Translations under genes and position numbers: made by a program
DNA from: Polyangiales bacterium
Lineage (GTDB): Bacteria > Myxococcota_A > Polyangia > Polyangiales > Polyangiaceae
DNA length: 64,000 nucleotides
Assembly: GCA_038231275.1 (NCBI GenBank)
Contig: JBBRLQ010000004.1
Location: forward strand, 64,001 to 128,000
Direction: 5' to 3'
Notes under the pieces: model-generated
Told to the model about the DNA's origin: nothing
Databases searched by the model: none
What the model saw: the letters and a program-made list of their open reading frames with translations, nothing else
Part shown: positions 40,936 to 50,525 of the stretch, one piece after another
Layout: each line of letters starts with the position of its first letter
How positions within the stretch are numbered: position 1 is the stretch's first letter

Positions 40936-42335
40936 TTTTTCACCCCCTTCTTGTCATTCTTCTCTTCGGCTCTTTCGGGCTTCTTCTCCCTCGGCAAGAC
41001 GCGGAGGATGATGCGCTTGCCGGGATCGAGCGTCCGCGTCGCGATCTCCTTCAGGCCGTCGGTGGTCGCCTTGCGGTAGCGATCGAGATCCTTTTGCACG
41101 AAGCCCGGATCGCCCAGCTCCGCCTCGTACGAGCTCAGGATGCTCGCGCGCTGGCGCACGCCCTCGAGGCCGCGCACGAAGCCGGACTCGTAGCCGTTCT
41201 TGGCGCGCGAGAGCTCGTCGTCGGTCACGCGATCGGCGCGCACCTTGGCGAGCTCCTTGTCCACCGCCGCCTCCACTTTGTCGAGCGAGATGCCCGGCCG
41301 CGCGATCACGCCCACGACGAAGCGCGAGCCGAGCACACCGGACTGCTGCGTCGCCTCGACGCTCTGCGCGACCTTCTGCTCGTAGACGAGCGCCTGGTAG
41401 AGGCGGCTCGCCTTGCCGCTCGCGAGCACCGTCGAGAGGAGATCCAGCTCGGCGTCGCCCGCCGCGAAGTGCTTGGGCGACTGCCACGCCATCACGAGCT
41501 TGGGGAGCTCGACATCGTCATGAAGCGTCTCACGCACGACCGAGACCAGCGTCGTCACGTTCGAGTCGAAGCCAGGCGCGCCAGGATCCTTCGGCTTCCC
41601 GCGCGACGGGATCGAGCCGAACGCCTTCTGCACCTTCTCGAGGACGACCTTCGGATCGAAGTCGCCGGCCACGACGAGCGCCGCGTTCGCGGGATCGTAC
41701 CAAGTCGCGAAGAACTGCTTCACGTCGTCGACCGTCGCGGCCTCGAGGTCCTCGTGCGAGCCGATGACGGGGTGATGGTAGGGGTGGCCGTCCGGGTAGA
41801 GGAGCTCGGGGATGCGCAGCTCCACTTTTCCGTAGGGCGTGTTCTCGGTCGTCTGACGGCGCTCGTTGCGGACGACGTCGCGCTGCGCGTTCAGCTTCTC
41901 GAGCGTCATGAGCGGACCGAGATCGCGGAGGCGATCGGCCTCGAGCCAGATGAGCAGATCGAGCGCCGTGGGCGGGCCGACGTCGTAGTAGTCGGTGCGA
42001 TCCTCGCTCGTCCACGCGTTGTTCCAGCCGCCGGCCGCCTCCATCCATCCGTCGAACGCCTTGGTCGGCGCGCGACGCGTCCCCATGAACATGAGGTGCT
42101 CGAAGAGGTGCGCGAAGCCCGTGCGCTTCGGCTGTTCCATCCGCGACCCGGTCCAGTAGCCGATGTTCACGACCACCGTGGGGATGGTGTGATCCTCGTG
42201 GAGGACGACGGTGAGGCCGTTCGGGAGCTGCGTCTTCGTGAAGGGGATCTTCAGATCGTCGGCGCGCGCGACGCCGGCGGTAGTGGCGAGCGCGAGGGCG
42301 ATGGCGGCCGCGAACGCTCCAGGACGGGTGCTCAT
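40932..42335 (-). CDS. M16 zinc peptidase, catalytic subunit, 467 aa
   Basis: Signal peptide, LPNGL, GFAHLFEHLMF (HxxEH), NAWTSEDRTDY, VVRNERR. Confidence 0.92.
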   Translation of the reverse strand: MSTRPGAFAAAIALALATTAGVARADDLKIPFTKTQLPNGLTVVLHEDHTIPTVVVNIGYWTGSRMEQPKRTGFAHLFEHLMFMGTRRAPTKAFDGWMEAAGGWNNAWTSEDRTDYYDVGPPTALDLLIWLEADRLRDLGPLMTLEKLNAQRDVVRNERRQTTENTPYGKVELRIPELLYPDGHPYHHPVIGSHEDLEAATVDDVKQFFATWYDPANAALVVAGDFDPKVVLEKVQKAFGSIPSRGKPKDPGAPGFDSNVTTLVSVVRETLHDDVELPKLVMAWQSPKHFAAGDAELDLLSTVLASGKASRLYQALVYEQKVAQSVEATQQSGVLGSRFVVGVIARPGISLDKVEAAVDKELAKVRADRVTDDELSRAKNGYESGFVRGLEGVRQRASILSSYEAELGDPGFVQKDLDRYRKATTDGLKEIATRTLDPGKRIILRVLPREKKPERAEEKNDKKGVKK

Positions 42336-42446
42336 GGCCCGCTACATTGCCGGAGCTCGGCGGAACGAGCAACGGCGATGCCGTCATATCAACGAGTTAC
42401 GGCGGGGTTTCTGCCGGCGGGGCCATGCGTTCGGTCTGTAAGCTCG

Positions 42447-43148
42447 ATGCGTGGCGCGCGTTCAGGGATCGTGACCGCAGCGCTTTCGATCTTTATTCTC
42501 CCGGCCGTGGCCGAGCGCGACGATGCGACGAAGCGCGCGCGAGACCAGGAGCGGGCGCGCGAAGAGACGCGCGACGAGGAGCGTGGCCTCGTGTCACGCG
42601 CGCAGGCCGGCGACAAGCAGGCGATGGGCGAGCTCTTCCAGCGGTTCGGCCCCGGGCTCTACCGTAGCGTGCTCCTGCCGCGCCTCGGCTCGGAGGCGGC
42701 GGCGAAGGACGCGCTCGGCGAGACGTACGCCAAGGTCATCACCCGCATCCACCAGTTCACCTGGCAGAACGTCGGGTTCTATCCTTGGCTGCGCACCGTC
42801 GCGCTCCGCGTCGCGCTCGATCAGCTCCGCGCGCGCAAGAGGCTCGTGGTGTGGGAGGAGGATGACGTCGCGCGCGAGCTCGACGCCGCCGCCACGACGA
42901 CGCCGATCGATCAACAGGTCTCCGATCGGCGTGACCGTGACGCCGTCCGCGCGAAGCTGACCCGCGCGCTCGAGCAAATTCATCCGCGCTATGCGCGAGC
43001 GGTCCGACTTCGCGTCCTCGAGGAGCGCCCGCGCGAGGAGGTCGCCCAGATGCTCGAGGTGACGCCTGCGACGTTCGACGTGCTACTTCATCGAGCGATC
43101 GGCGCACTCAAGAAGAAGATGTCCGAAGACGCCGAGGTTGAGTCATGA
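42447..43148 (+). CDS. ECF sigma factor, about 233 aa (start uncertain; GTG 42471 is an alternative)
   Basis: LVSRAQAGDKQAMGELF, YPWLRTVA.R.ALDQLR, region 4 LRVLEERPREEVAQMLEV..ATFDVLLHRA. Confidence 0.88.
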   Translation: MRGARSGIVTAALSIFILPAVAERDDATKRARDQERAREETRDEERGLVSRAQAGDKQAMGELFQRFGPGLYRSVLLPRLGSEAAAKDALGETYAKVITRIHQFTWQNVGFYPWLRTVALRVALDQLRARKRLVVWEEDDVARELDAAATTTPIDQQVSDRRDRDAVRAKLTRALEQIHPRYARAVRLRVLEERPREEVAQMLEVTPATFDVLLHRAIGALKKKMSEDAEVES

Positions 43149-43681
43149 GCGACAAGCCGAAACCCTTGCCTGAGCCCGCGTGGCTTGACGACCCTGACGC
43201 GCCGCCGTCGGAGGAGGAGAAGATCGCGTCGGCGCGACTGCGCGACGCGCTGGGCGATCCGAAGATCCCGAACGCGGACGCGGAGCTCGCGCGCGCGCTG
43301 TCGCTCGCCGACGAGCCGCGTCCTCTCGCGGAGGAGGAGCACCGCGCGATCGTGGAGCGGAGCCTCGCGACCGCGAAGCCGCGCGGGCAGGTGATCCGGG
43401 TGGCCTTCGGCGTCGCCACGGCCGTTGCCCTCGCGGCGGCCGCCGTCCTCGTACTCGGGAGGCTCGACATGGCAGAGGCGCCGCGTGCGGCCGACATGCG
43501 GGCGGCTGGGCCGGTCCGGATCGCGTCGCTTGCGCCTGTCCGCTCGACGCAGGAGCTCTTCGACGAGCCGTTCGCCAAACCGCTCTCGCGCGGCGCCGCG
43601 AGCGCGCGGATCGATCGGATCGCGATGGCGCGCGCCGGCGATTTGCGCGAAAACCGCTTCGCGATGTGGGGCGTCCGATGA
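43145..43681 (+). CDS. Probable anti-sigma factor/membrane protein, 178 aa
   Basis: ATGA overlap with the sigma gene; single TM (VAFGVATAVALAAAAVLVL). Confidence 0.65.
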   Translation: MSDKPKPLPEPAWLDDPDAPPSEEEKIASARLRDALGDPKIPNADAELARALSLADEPRPLAEEEHRAIVERSLATAKPRGQVIRVAFGVATAVALAAAAVLVLGRLDMAEAPRAADMRAAGPVRIASLAPVRSTQELFDEPFAKPLSRGAASARIDRIAMARAGDLRENRFAMWGVR

Positions 43682-44289
43682 ACCTGTTCGACCGGCCCGG
43701 AACCGCCGTGTGGAGCACGATCCTCGCGCTCGCCCTCGCGATCGGCGCGGGGTGCGCGAAGAAGGACGCGGCGCCCGGGAGCGCACCGTCGCCCGCCGCC
43801 GCGGTGCTCGACGCCAGCGGAACCGTCGATCTCGAGGTCATGGCGTTCCTCTCCGAGGCCCGCGCGCTGCACCACGAGGCGAACATCCGCGAAGACGAAG
43901 GAGACCTCCCGAGCGCCATCACCGTGATGCGACGCCTCGTCGGCGCGACCCGGCCCCACGCCGGCGAAAGCGTGCCCGAGGTCCTCGAGGTGCTCGCCGA
44001 CGCGTGGGCCCGCATCGCCGAGCTCGAATTGAAGCGCCGCGATCTGGACGAGGCCGCTAAGGCCGTGAAGGAAGGCCTCGCCCATGCGCCCGACGCCACG
44101 TACTTCCGCGGGCACCTTCTCGAGGTCGAGGGCGTCATCGAAGAGGCGCGCGCCGCCGATTTTTCGGACGCGGGCAAGAAGGACGACGCGCAGCGCGCGC
44201 GGGCGCGGGCGATCGCGCTCTTGCAGGAGGCGGTGAAGGTGCAAGAGCAGGTGATCGGTCGCGCGCTCGGCGATGGGGGGAAACGATGA
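43678..44289 (+). CDS. TPR-like lipoprotein, 203 aa
   Basis: Lipobox GAGC; helical TPR-like segments; ATGA overlaps on both sides. Confidence 0.7.
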   Translation: MNLFDRPGTAVWSTILALALAIGAGCAKKDAAPGSAPSPAAAVLDASGTVDLEVMAFLSEARALHHEANIREDEGDLPSAITVMRRLVGATRPHAGESVPEVLEVLADAWARIAELELKRRDLDEAAKAVKEGLAHAPDATYFRGHLLEVEGVIEEARAADFSDAGKKDDAQRARARAIALLQEAVKVQEQVIGRALGDGGKR

Positions 44290-44747
44290 AGCTCGATCGA
44301 TGCGTCTGCGCGGTGGGGCTCGTCGCGATCGTGACCGCGGCGTGCGGCGGGGCGGCAAAGAGCGCGTCGGAGCCCGCGAGCCCTGCGACGAGCGCGCCCC
44401 CGGGATACGCGCCGCTACCCGCCCCCGGCGGCGCTGCAGGCACCGGGACGGGGGCCGCGCCTTCGCGCGAGGCAACTCTGTCCGTCGCGCGCGGCGATCT
44501 CGAGTCCGCGCAGCGCGAGCTGGACGTCGCCGCGGGTGACTGCATGGCCGCGTGCCGCGCGCTCGGCGCGATGGATCGTGCGACGGGACACCTCTGCGGG
44601 TTGGTCCAAGAGAGCGACGAGCGAACGCGCTGCGAGGAGGCCAAGAACAGAGTCCGTGGCGCGCGCGACAAGGTGCGCACGACGTGCGGCACGTGCCCCG
44701 GCGGCGTGAGCGTCGATCGCAACGCGCCGGTGCCGACCGAACGATGA
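44286..44747 (+). CDS. Small helical lipoprotein with six C-terminal Cys, 153 aa
   Basis: Lipobox TAAC; CMAACRAL..M......LC...RC...CGTC. Confidence 0.72.
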   Translation: MKLDRCVCAVGLVAIVTAACGGAAKSASEPASPATSAPPGYAPLPAPGGAAGTGTGAAPSREATLSVARGDLESAQRELDVAAGDCMAACRALGAMDRATGHLCGLVQESDERTRCEEAKNRVRGARDKVRTTCGTCPGGVSVDRNAPVPTER

Positions 44748-45715
44748 CCGCGGGCGCGATCGATCTCCGCGAGCGCGGCGGGGCGTGGGGCCGAGCGCAG
44801 GCGCTCAAGAACGACGTGATCTACGGCGTCGTGTGCGTCGCGCTCGCGGTCTGTCGTCCGCTGCCCGCGCGCGCGCTGCGCGTCCTCGGGCGAACGATCG
44901 GCCGCGTCGCGCACGTGATTTTCCGGCGCGCGCGGCGGATCGCGCGCGAGAACGTCGCCCTCGCCTTCCCCGCGCTGAATGACGAGGAGCAGGGCGCGCT
45001 CGTTCGACGCTCGTTCCTCGCGCTCGGCGAGCACCTCGGTGCCGCAATCGCCTCGCTCCGGCCTGACGCGACGCTCGTGCCCCTCGATCTCGGGGACGCC
45101 GATCTCGCGGTCATCGAGGAGGCCCTCGCCGGCGGTCGCGGGGTGGTCTTCGCGTCGGCGCACCTCGGCGCGTGGGAGCGTCTCGGCGCCACCCTCGTCG
45201 CCGCCGGAGTGCCGCTCACGACGATCGCCCGCGAGGCCTACGACCCGCGCCTCGACGCGATTTACGATCGCCTCCGCGGAGGACGCGGCGTGCGCGCGAT
45301 CTACCGCGGGCGTCCCGGCGCAGGCGCGCGGATGGTCCGCGTGCTTCGCGACGGCGGCGTGCTCGGCGTCCTCATGGACCTCCGCTCACGCGTCCCGTCG
45401 ATCGACGTTCCGTTTCTCGGTCACGACGCGCCCACCGCGATCGGCCCCGCGCGCTTGGCGCTCCGCACCGGCGCCGCCGTGATCGTGGGCGCGTGCGCTC
45501 CGGGGGGCCGGACCCGGATCGAGCGCGTGTGCACCGCCGACCTCGCGACCCTGCCCGACCCCTCCGCCCGCGCGCGCGCCTTGACCGCCCGCATCAACGA
45601 AGCGCTTTCGCGATTCATCCTCGACATGCCGGAGGGCTGGGTCTGGATGCACGAACGGTACGCGCGAAGCTCACGTCTCGGTCAAGCGGCAAAGGCGAAC
45701 CGCTCGATTTCGTGA
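44744..45715 (+). CDS. Lipid A lauroyl/lysophospholipid acyltransferase (LpxL/HtrB family), 323 aa
   Basis: RENVALAFP, SAHLGAWE, LGVLMD, VPFLG, PEGWVWMHERY. Confidence 0.85.
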   Translation: MTAGAIDLRERGGAWGRAQALKNDVIYGVVCVALAVCRPLPARALRVLGRTIGRVAHVIFRRARRIARENVALAFPALNDEEQGALVRRSFLALGEHLGAAIASLRPDATLVPLDLGDADLAVIEEALAGGRGVVFASAHLGAWERLGATLVAAGVPLTTIAREAYDPRLDAIYDRLRGGRGVRAIYRGRPGAGARMVRVLRDGGVLGVLMDLRSRVPSIDVPFLGHDAPTAIGPARLALRTGAAVIVGACAPGGRTRIERVCTADLATLPDPSARARALTARINEALSRFILDMPEGWVWMHERYARSSRLGQAAKANRSIS

Positions 45716-45748
45716 ACGGATCGGCTGGGGACGACATACACTGAACAC

Positions 45749-47308
45749 GTGGCTCAAGGCGCACGGGTCCCCAAAATGGCGGCCAGCGTCGGCGACCTGC
45801 GCTCGCTCCCGCTGGCTCCCGTCGACGGCTTCATCCTCACCCGGGTGAACGGCGTGTCGTCCGTCCGCGAGATCTCGTCGCAGACCGGGGTGTCGGAGGA
45901 CGATGTCGCCGGTTCGCTCATCAAGCTCGCGGGGTTCGGCGTCGTCGAGTTCGTGGGGGAAGGCCGGTTCGCTCCGGCTCCCTTGCCGCCGCCCGAGGAG
46001 GCCATCTACGGCGCGAGCAGGCCCCCACCGCTTTTGACGGAGGTGATGGCGGCGGCCTCCGCGATCTACGACCCCGCGGAGCTCGACGAAGAGTGCGATC
46101 TCGAGCCCGACGAGCGCCGGCGGATCCTCGAGCTCTTTTACCGCCTCGACGACGTGAACTACTACCAGCTGCTCGGCGTCGCCCGGAGCGCGGACCGCAA
46201 GACGATCAAGCGCTCGTACTTCGAGCTCGCTGCGCACTTCCACCCCGACAAGCACTTCCGGAAGAAGCTCGGCGCGTTCAAGCAGAAGATGGAGATCATC
46301 TTCGGCCGGGTGACCGAGGCGCACGACACGCTCACGTCGAAGGAGAAGCGCCCCGAGTACGACCAGTACCTCGAGGTCCAGGAGCAGGCGCGGGGCATCG
46401 AGGCGATGATGGCGAACGCCCAGGCCGACGCCGCGCGCGCGCGCGACGAGCTTCGCCGGGAGATCCCGAGCTCGCCACCTCCCGGGCGTCACACGCCGTC
46501 GATTGCGTACGATCCGAGGCGCGAGGAAGAGGCCGCCCGCGCTGCGCCGGCGCCCCAGGCCTACCAGCCCCCGCCCATGCGCCCGCCGACCGCGTCGCAG
46601 CCGCTCGCGACACCGGCGGCCACCCCCGTCGATCCGCGCCAGGCACGCGAAGCGCTCGCGCGACGACTCCGCGGCGCCACTGCCAAGCCGCCACCGAGGC
46701 CACCGATGTCGAGCGCGCCGTCCGTCGCGACGCAGGACGCGATGGACGCGCTGAAGCGCCGCTACGACGACCGCCGCGCCGACGCCGCCAAGCTCCAGGC
46801 GCAGAAGTACAAGGAGGCCGGCGACGCCGCCCGCGCCAGCAAGGACATGGTGAGCGCCGCCAACGCCTACCGCGTCGCCGTCAGCTTCGACGGAGAGGAT
46901 CCCGAGCTCCAGCGCCTCTTCAAGATGACGCAGGAGGCGGCCGACATGGCCCTCGCCGACTTCTACATGAAGCAGGCGACCTACGAGGAGCGCAACGATC
47001 GGTGGCCAGAGGCCGCGCGCTCGTGGGCGCGCGTCGCCAAGACGAAGGCCGACAACGCCGCGGTCCACGACAAGCTCGCCAACGCCATCCTCAAGTCCAA
47101 CGGCAACCTCCACGAGGCTGCCGCCGCCGCAAAGCACGCCATCGAGTACGGCTCGGCGATCGTCTCCTACCGCCTCACCCTCGTGAACATCTACGTCGCC
47201 GCCGGCCTCATCATCGCCGCAAAACGCGAGCTGGAAGAGGCGGTCCGGATGGAGCCCAACAATCGGGCAGTGGCCGCGCTGGTAAAACAACTCGAAAATA
47301 CAGGGTGA
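45749..47308 (+). CDS. J-domain protein: N-terminal wHTH-like module, J domain, Pro-rich linker, TPRs; 519 aa
   Basis: NYYQLLGV...IKRSY..LA..FHPDK...A..TL....R..YD (HPD motif); C-terminal TPR-like helices. Confidence 0.88.
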   Translation: MAQGARVPKMAASVGDLRSLPLAPVDGFILTRVNGVSSVREISSQTGVSEDDVAGSLIKLAGFGVVEFVGEGRFAPAPLPPPEEAIYGASRPPPLLTEVMAAASAIYDPAELDEECDLEPDERRRILELFYRLDDVNYYQLLGVARSADRKTIKRSYFELAAHFHPDKHFRKKLGAFKQKMEIIFGRVTEAHDTLTSKEKRPEYDQYLEVQEQARGIEAMMANAQADAARARDELRREIPSSPPPGRHTPSIAYDPRREEEAARAAPAPQAYQPPPMRPPTASQPLATPAATPVDPRQAREALARRLRGATAKPPPRPPMSSAPSVATQDAMDALKRRYDDRRADAAKLQAQKYKEAGDAARASKDMVSAANAYRVAVSFDGEDPELQRLFKMTQEAADMALADFYMKQATYEERNDRWPEAARSWARVAKTKADNAAVHDKLANAILKSNGNLHEAAAAAKHAIEYGSAIVSYRLTLVNIYVAAGLIIAAKRELEEAVRMEPNNRAVAALVKQLENTG

Positions 47309-47344
47309 GATACCCTGAGACAACGTCGCCAGACACAAGCGATT

Positions 47345-47373
47345 TTTCCAAAACGCCGTCGTCCCTCTAGAAT
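47345..47373 (+). promoter_or_regulatory. Possible sigma70-type promoter for dnaK
   Basis: TTTCCA-N17-TAGAAT in the AT-richer intergenic gap; weak -35. Confidence 0.3.
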
Positions 47374-47454
47374 CAACGGGTCACGGCCAATCCATTCTTG
47401 GCGTGGACGCTCCGCACGCGCGCGGACGACCACCGAGTACGACGGGAGACGACC

Positions 47455-49278
47455 TTGGAGAAGGTGATCGGAATCGACCTGGGAACGACGAACTCGTGCG
47501 TCGCCATCGTGGAGAACGGGACGCCGAGCGTGATTCCCAATCGGGGGGGATACAAGACGACACCGTCGATGGTGGCTGTCACCGAGGCCGGCAAGCGCCT
47601 CGTGGGGCACATCGCCAAGCGTCAGGCGATCACCAACGCCGAGAACACCGTCTATGCGGCCAAGCGCCTCATCGGACGAAAGTGGAACTCGCCGCAGGTG
47701 AAGAACGCCGTGGCGACGTCGAGCTACCGCATCGTGGAGGGCCCGCACCACGACGTGCGCATCGTGCTCCGGGACAAGGAGTACTCGGTCCCCGAGATCA
47801 GCGCGATGGTGCTCCAGGAGATGAAGATCATCGCCGAGGACTACCTGGGCGAGACGGTCAGCAAGGCGGTCGTCACCGTCCCCGCGTACTTCAACGACAA
47901 CCAGCGCCAGGCGACGAAGGACGCGGGCGAGATCGCCGGGCTCGACGTCATCCGCATCATCAACGAGCCGACGGCGGCGGCGCTCTCCTACGGCTTCGGC
48001 CGCAACATGGAGAAGGTCGTCGCTGTGTACGACTTCGGCGGCGGCACGTTCGACATCTCGATCCTCGAGATCGGCGCGCACGGCGTCTTCAAGGTCATCG
48101 CGACGGCCGGCGACACGTTCCTCGGCGGCGAGGACGTCGACGCGCGCATCATCGACTGGCTCGTGCAGGGCTTCAAAGAGGAGCACAACCTCGATCTGCG
48201 CCAGGACCGAATGGCGCTGCAGCGGCTGAAGGACGCCGCCGAGAAGGCCAAGTGCGAGCTCTCGAGCGTGAAGGAGACGGAGGTGAACCTCCCCTTCATC
48301 ATCTCGAGTGGCCGCAACGAGGCGCTCCACCTCCAGAAGACCCTCACGCGCGTCACGCTCGAGGAGCTGAGCGACGACCTCATCGAGCGCACGGTCGACA
48401 TCTGCCGCCAGACGCTCGAGGACGCCAAGCTCGAGAAGGACGAGATCGAAGAGGTCGTGCTCGTCGGTGGCATGACGCGCATGCCCAAGATCCAGTCCGC
48501 GGTGGCGACGTTCTTCGAGCGCGAGCCGTGCAAGGGCGTGCACCCCGACGAGGTCGTCGCCCTCGGCGCCGCGATCCAGGGCGCCGCGCTCATGGACGAC
48601 AAGCAGGAGATGGTCCTCCTCGACGTCACGCCGCACGCGCTCGGCATCATGACGTTCGGCAGCATCTTCGAGGAGCTCATCCCGCAGAACACAACAGTCC
48701 CCACGCACCGCACGAAGATCTTCACCACCAGCCGTGACAACCAGACGGCCGTAAAGATCCTCGTCATGCAGGGCGAGAGCACGAACGCCGAGGAGAACGA
48801 GCTGCTCGGCGAGTTCATCCTCACCGGCCTAAGGCGCGCGCCCAAGGGCACGGTCGAGATCGAGGTGACCTTCGAGATCAACGCGGACGGCATCGTCAGC
48901 GTGCGCGCGAAGGATCTCGAGACCGGCCTCGAGCAGTCGATCCAGGTCACCGCGACCAGTGGCCTGACGCGCGAAGAGATCAAGGGGATGATCGACAACG
49001 CGAAGGACGACGTCGTCGATCGCCGCTCGAGCGAGGAGTTCGAGGCCGCCAAGCAAGAGGCCGAGAAGATCGTCGGCGAGATCGAGAAGCTCTTCCCGCA
49101 GGTGGAGCAGATCGTCGCGTCGAGCGACTTCGGTCGCGACGCGATCGAGAAGGCGCGCGCCATCGTGGAGCGCGCACGGCAGGCCATCATCAAGAAGGAC
49201 GTGGCGGCCATCAAGGAGCAGATCGACGGTCTCACCCGAACCCATCGGATGTTCAAGGGGGTCGTCGCGAAGACGTAA
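47455..49278 (+). CDS. dnaK: Hsp70/DnaK paralogue, 607 aa (TTG start)
   Basis: VIGIDLGTTNS, TVPAYFND.QRQATKDAG, NEPTAAAL, DFGGGTFD, VGGMTRMP, VLLDVTP; GGGAG RBS; no acidic C-terminal tail. Confidence 0.93.
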   Translation: MEKVIGIDLGTTNSCVAIVENGTPSVIPNRGGYKTTPSMVAVTEAGKRLVGHIAKRQAITNAENTVYAAKRLIGRKWNSPQVKNAVATSSYRIVEGPHHDVRIVLRDKEYSVPEISAMVLQEMKIIAEDYLGETVSKAVVTVPAYFNDNQRQATKDAGEIAGLDVIRIINEPTAAALSYGFGRNMEKVVAVYDFGGGTFDISILEIGAHGVFKVIATAGDTFLGGEDVDARIIDWLVQGFKEEHNLDLRQDRMALQRLKDAAEKAKCELSSVKETEVNLPFIISSGRNEALHLQKTLTRVTLEELSDDLIERTVDICRQTLEDAKLEKDEIEEVVLVGGMTRMPKIQSAVATFFEREPCKGVHPDEVVALGAAIQGAALMDDKQEMVLLDVTPHALGIMTFGSIFEELIPQNTTVPTHRTKIFTTSRDNQTAVKILVMQGESTNAEENELLGEFILTGLRRAPKGTVEIEVTFEINADGIVSVRAKDLETGLEQSIQVTATSGLTREEIKGMIDNAKDDVVDRRSSEEFEAAKQEAEKIVGEIEKLFPQVEQIVASSDFGRDAIEKARAIVERARQAIIKKDVAAIKEQIDGLTRTHRMFKGVVAKT

Positions 49279-49287
49279 CGCAGCGCC

Positions 49288-50376
49288 GTGGGACACGAAC
49301 CGAAAGACGGAGAGCCGAAGTCGTCGGAAGAGGAGCCCGACGAGCGGCCGACCGTCGTCCCGAAGTTCGACCCTGCGGAGCTCGCGCGTGAGACGGCGTC
49401 GAGCTCGCAGAGCCCGTCGAACCCGACCGTCCCGGTGAAGCACGGCGACCTCCCGCGCGATTTGCATGGTGAACGCACGCTGGTGCGGAGCGCGGCGCCC
49501 GACAGCGCGGCGCCGGAGACGACGCAGATGCCCGAGTCGATGCGCTCGAGCCTGCTCTCGATGGCGGACTCGCGTGTCCCGTCGGTGAAGCCGCAGCGGC
49601 TGCCGTCGGTCGGCGGGCTCGCGGTCTCGTCGCTCGACCGCGGGTGGGAGGAGCTGACGCTCGACGAGCCGATCTCGAACCAGCCGAACACCAAGCCATC
49701 GCCGAGCGACGGGCCGTTTCGGCGCGAGACGAGCCGCCTCCGCGCGCCCGCGGGGCAGCAGGTGGTGGCCGAGGACGAAGAGGCAGAGAAGCCGACACGC
49801 GAGCACCCGGTGCTGCCCGACGGAGCCACGCCGTCGGCGCGCGGAATCGCCCGGGAGGACGACGGCGCGCAGCGGCACGAGACGCCCGAGCACACGGTCT
49901 TCGCGCCGGCGCGCGCTGCGGCGGCACTCACGGCGCCGTCCAACCGGCCGAAGCCGATGAGCGATCCGCCGGCGAGCTTGGAGGCGGCGACGGCACTGAC
50001 GCCGGAGGAGACGATCCGCGAAATGCGCGATCGCTTCTCGCTCGGTGACTACACGGGCGCGCTGGTGCTCGCCGACGGCCTGCTCGAGGACGATCCCAAC
50101 AACCCCGAGGTGAAGGAGTGCGCGGAAAACTGCCGGCAGGTGCTGCGGCAGATGTACACCGCGCGCATCGGTCCGCTCGATCGCGTGCCGATGGTGACCG
50201 TCGCGCGCGACCAGCTGCGCTGGCTCTCGATCGACCACCGCGCGGGCTTCGTGCTCTCGCACATCGACGGCATCTCGAGCCTAGAGATGATCCTCGACGT
50301 CAGCGGCATGCCCCTCCTGGACGCCCTCCGCATCCTCTGTGAGCTGGCACAGCAAAGAATCATCTCGTTTCGCTGA
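49288..50376 (+). CDS. Hypothetical protein: long disordered N-terminus, helical hairpin, C-terminal wHTH-like module; 362 aa
   Basis: P/S/E-rich first ~225 aa; C-terminal RVP....LRWLSIDHRAGFVLSHIDG..LEMILDVSGM...L.EL....IISF. Confidence 0.75.
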   Translation: MGHEPKDGEPKSSEEEPDERPTVVPKFDPAELARETASSSQSPSNPTVPVKHGDLPRDLHGERTLVRSAAPDSAAPETTQMPESMRSSLLSMADSRVPSVKPQRLPSVGGLAVSSLDRGWEELTLDEPISNQPNTKPSPSDGPFRRETSRLRAPAGQQVVAEDEEAEKPTREHPVLPDGATPSARGIAREDDGAQRHETPEHTVFAPARAAAALTAPSNRPKPMSDPPASLEAATALTPEETIREMRDRFSLGDYTGALVLADGLLEDDPNNPEVKECAENCRQVLRQMYTARIGPLDRVPMVTVARDQLRWLSIDHRAGFVLSHIDGISSLEMILDVSGMPLLDALRILCELAQQRIISFR

Positions 50377-50525
50377 TCCCGCGATGCGGCGCATCGTGAG
50401 GATTCTCTCACCGCGCGGTCCACGCTCGTCGTGGACGGCGCGGTAGCATCGCGCTCGTCCCACGCAAGCTGAATTTCCCTGCGATTCGATTTCGACGCGT
50501 CCGGCTGGAATGCGCGTTGCACCGC

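Noticed and set aside
42362..42386. GGAAC...CGTCA upstream of the second ECF sigma as an autoregulatory promoter
   Set aside because: The spacer is 15 nt, shorter than usual, and I found no second copy to support it.
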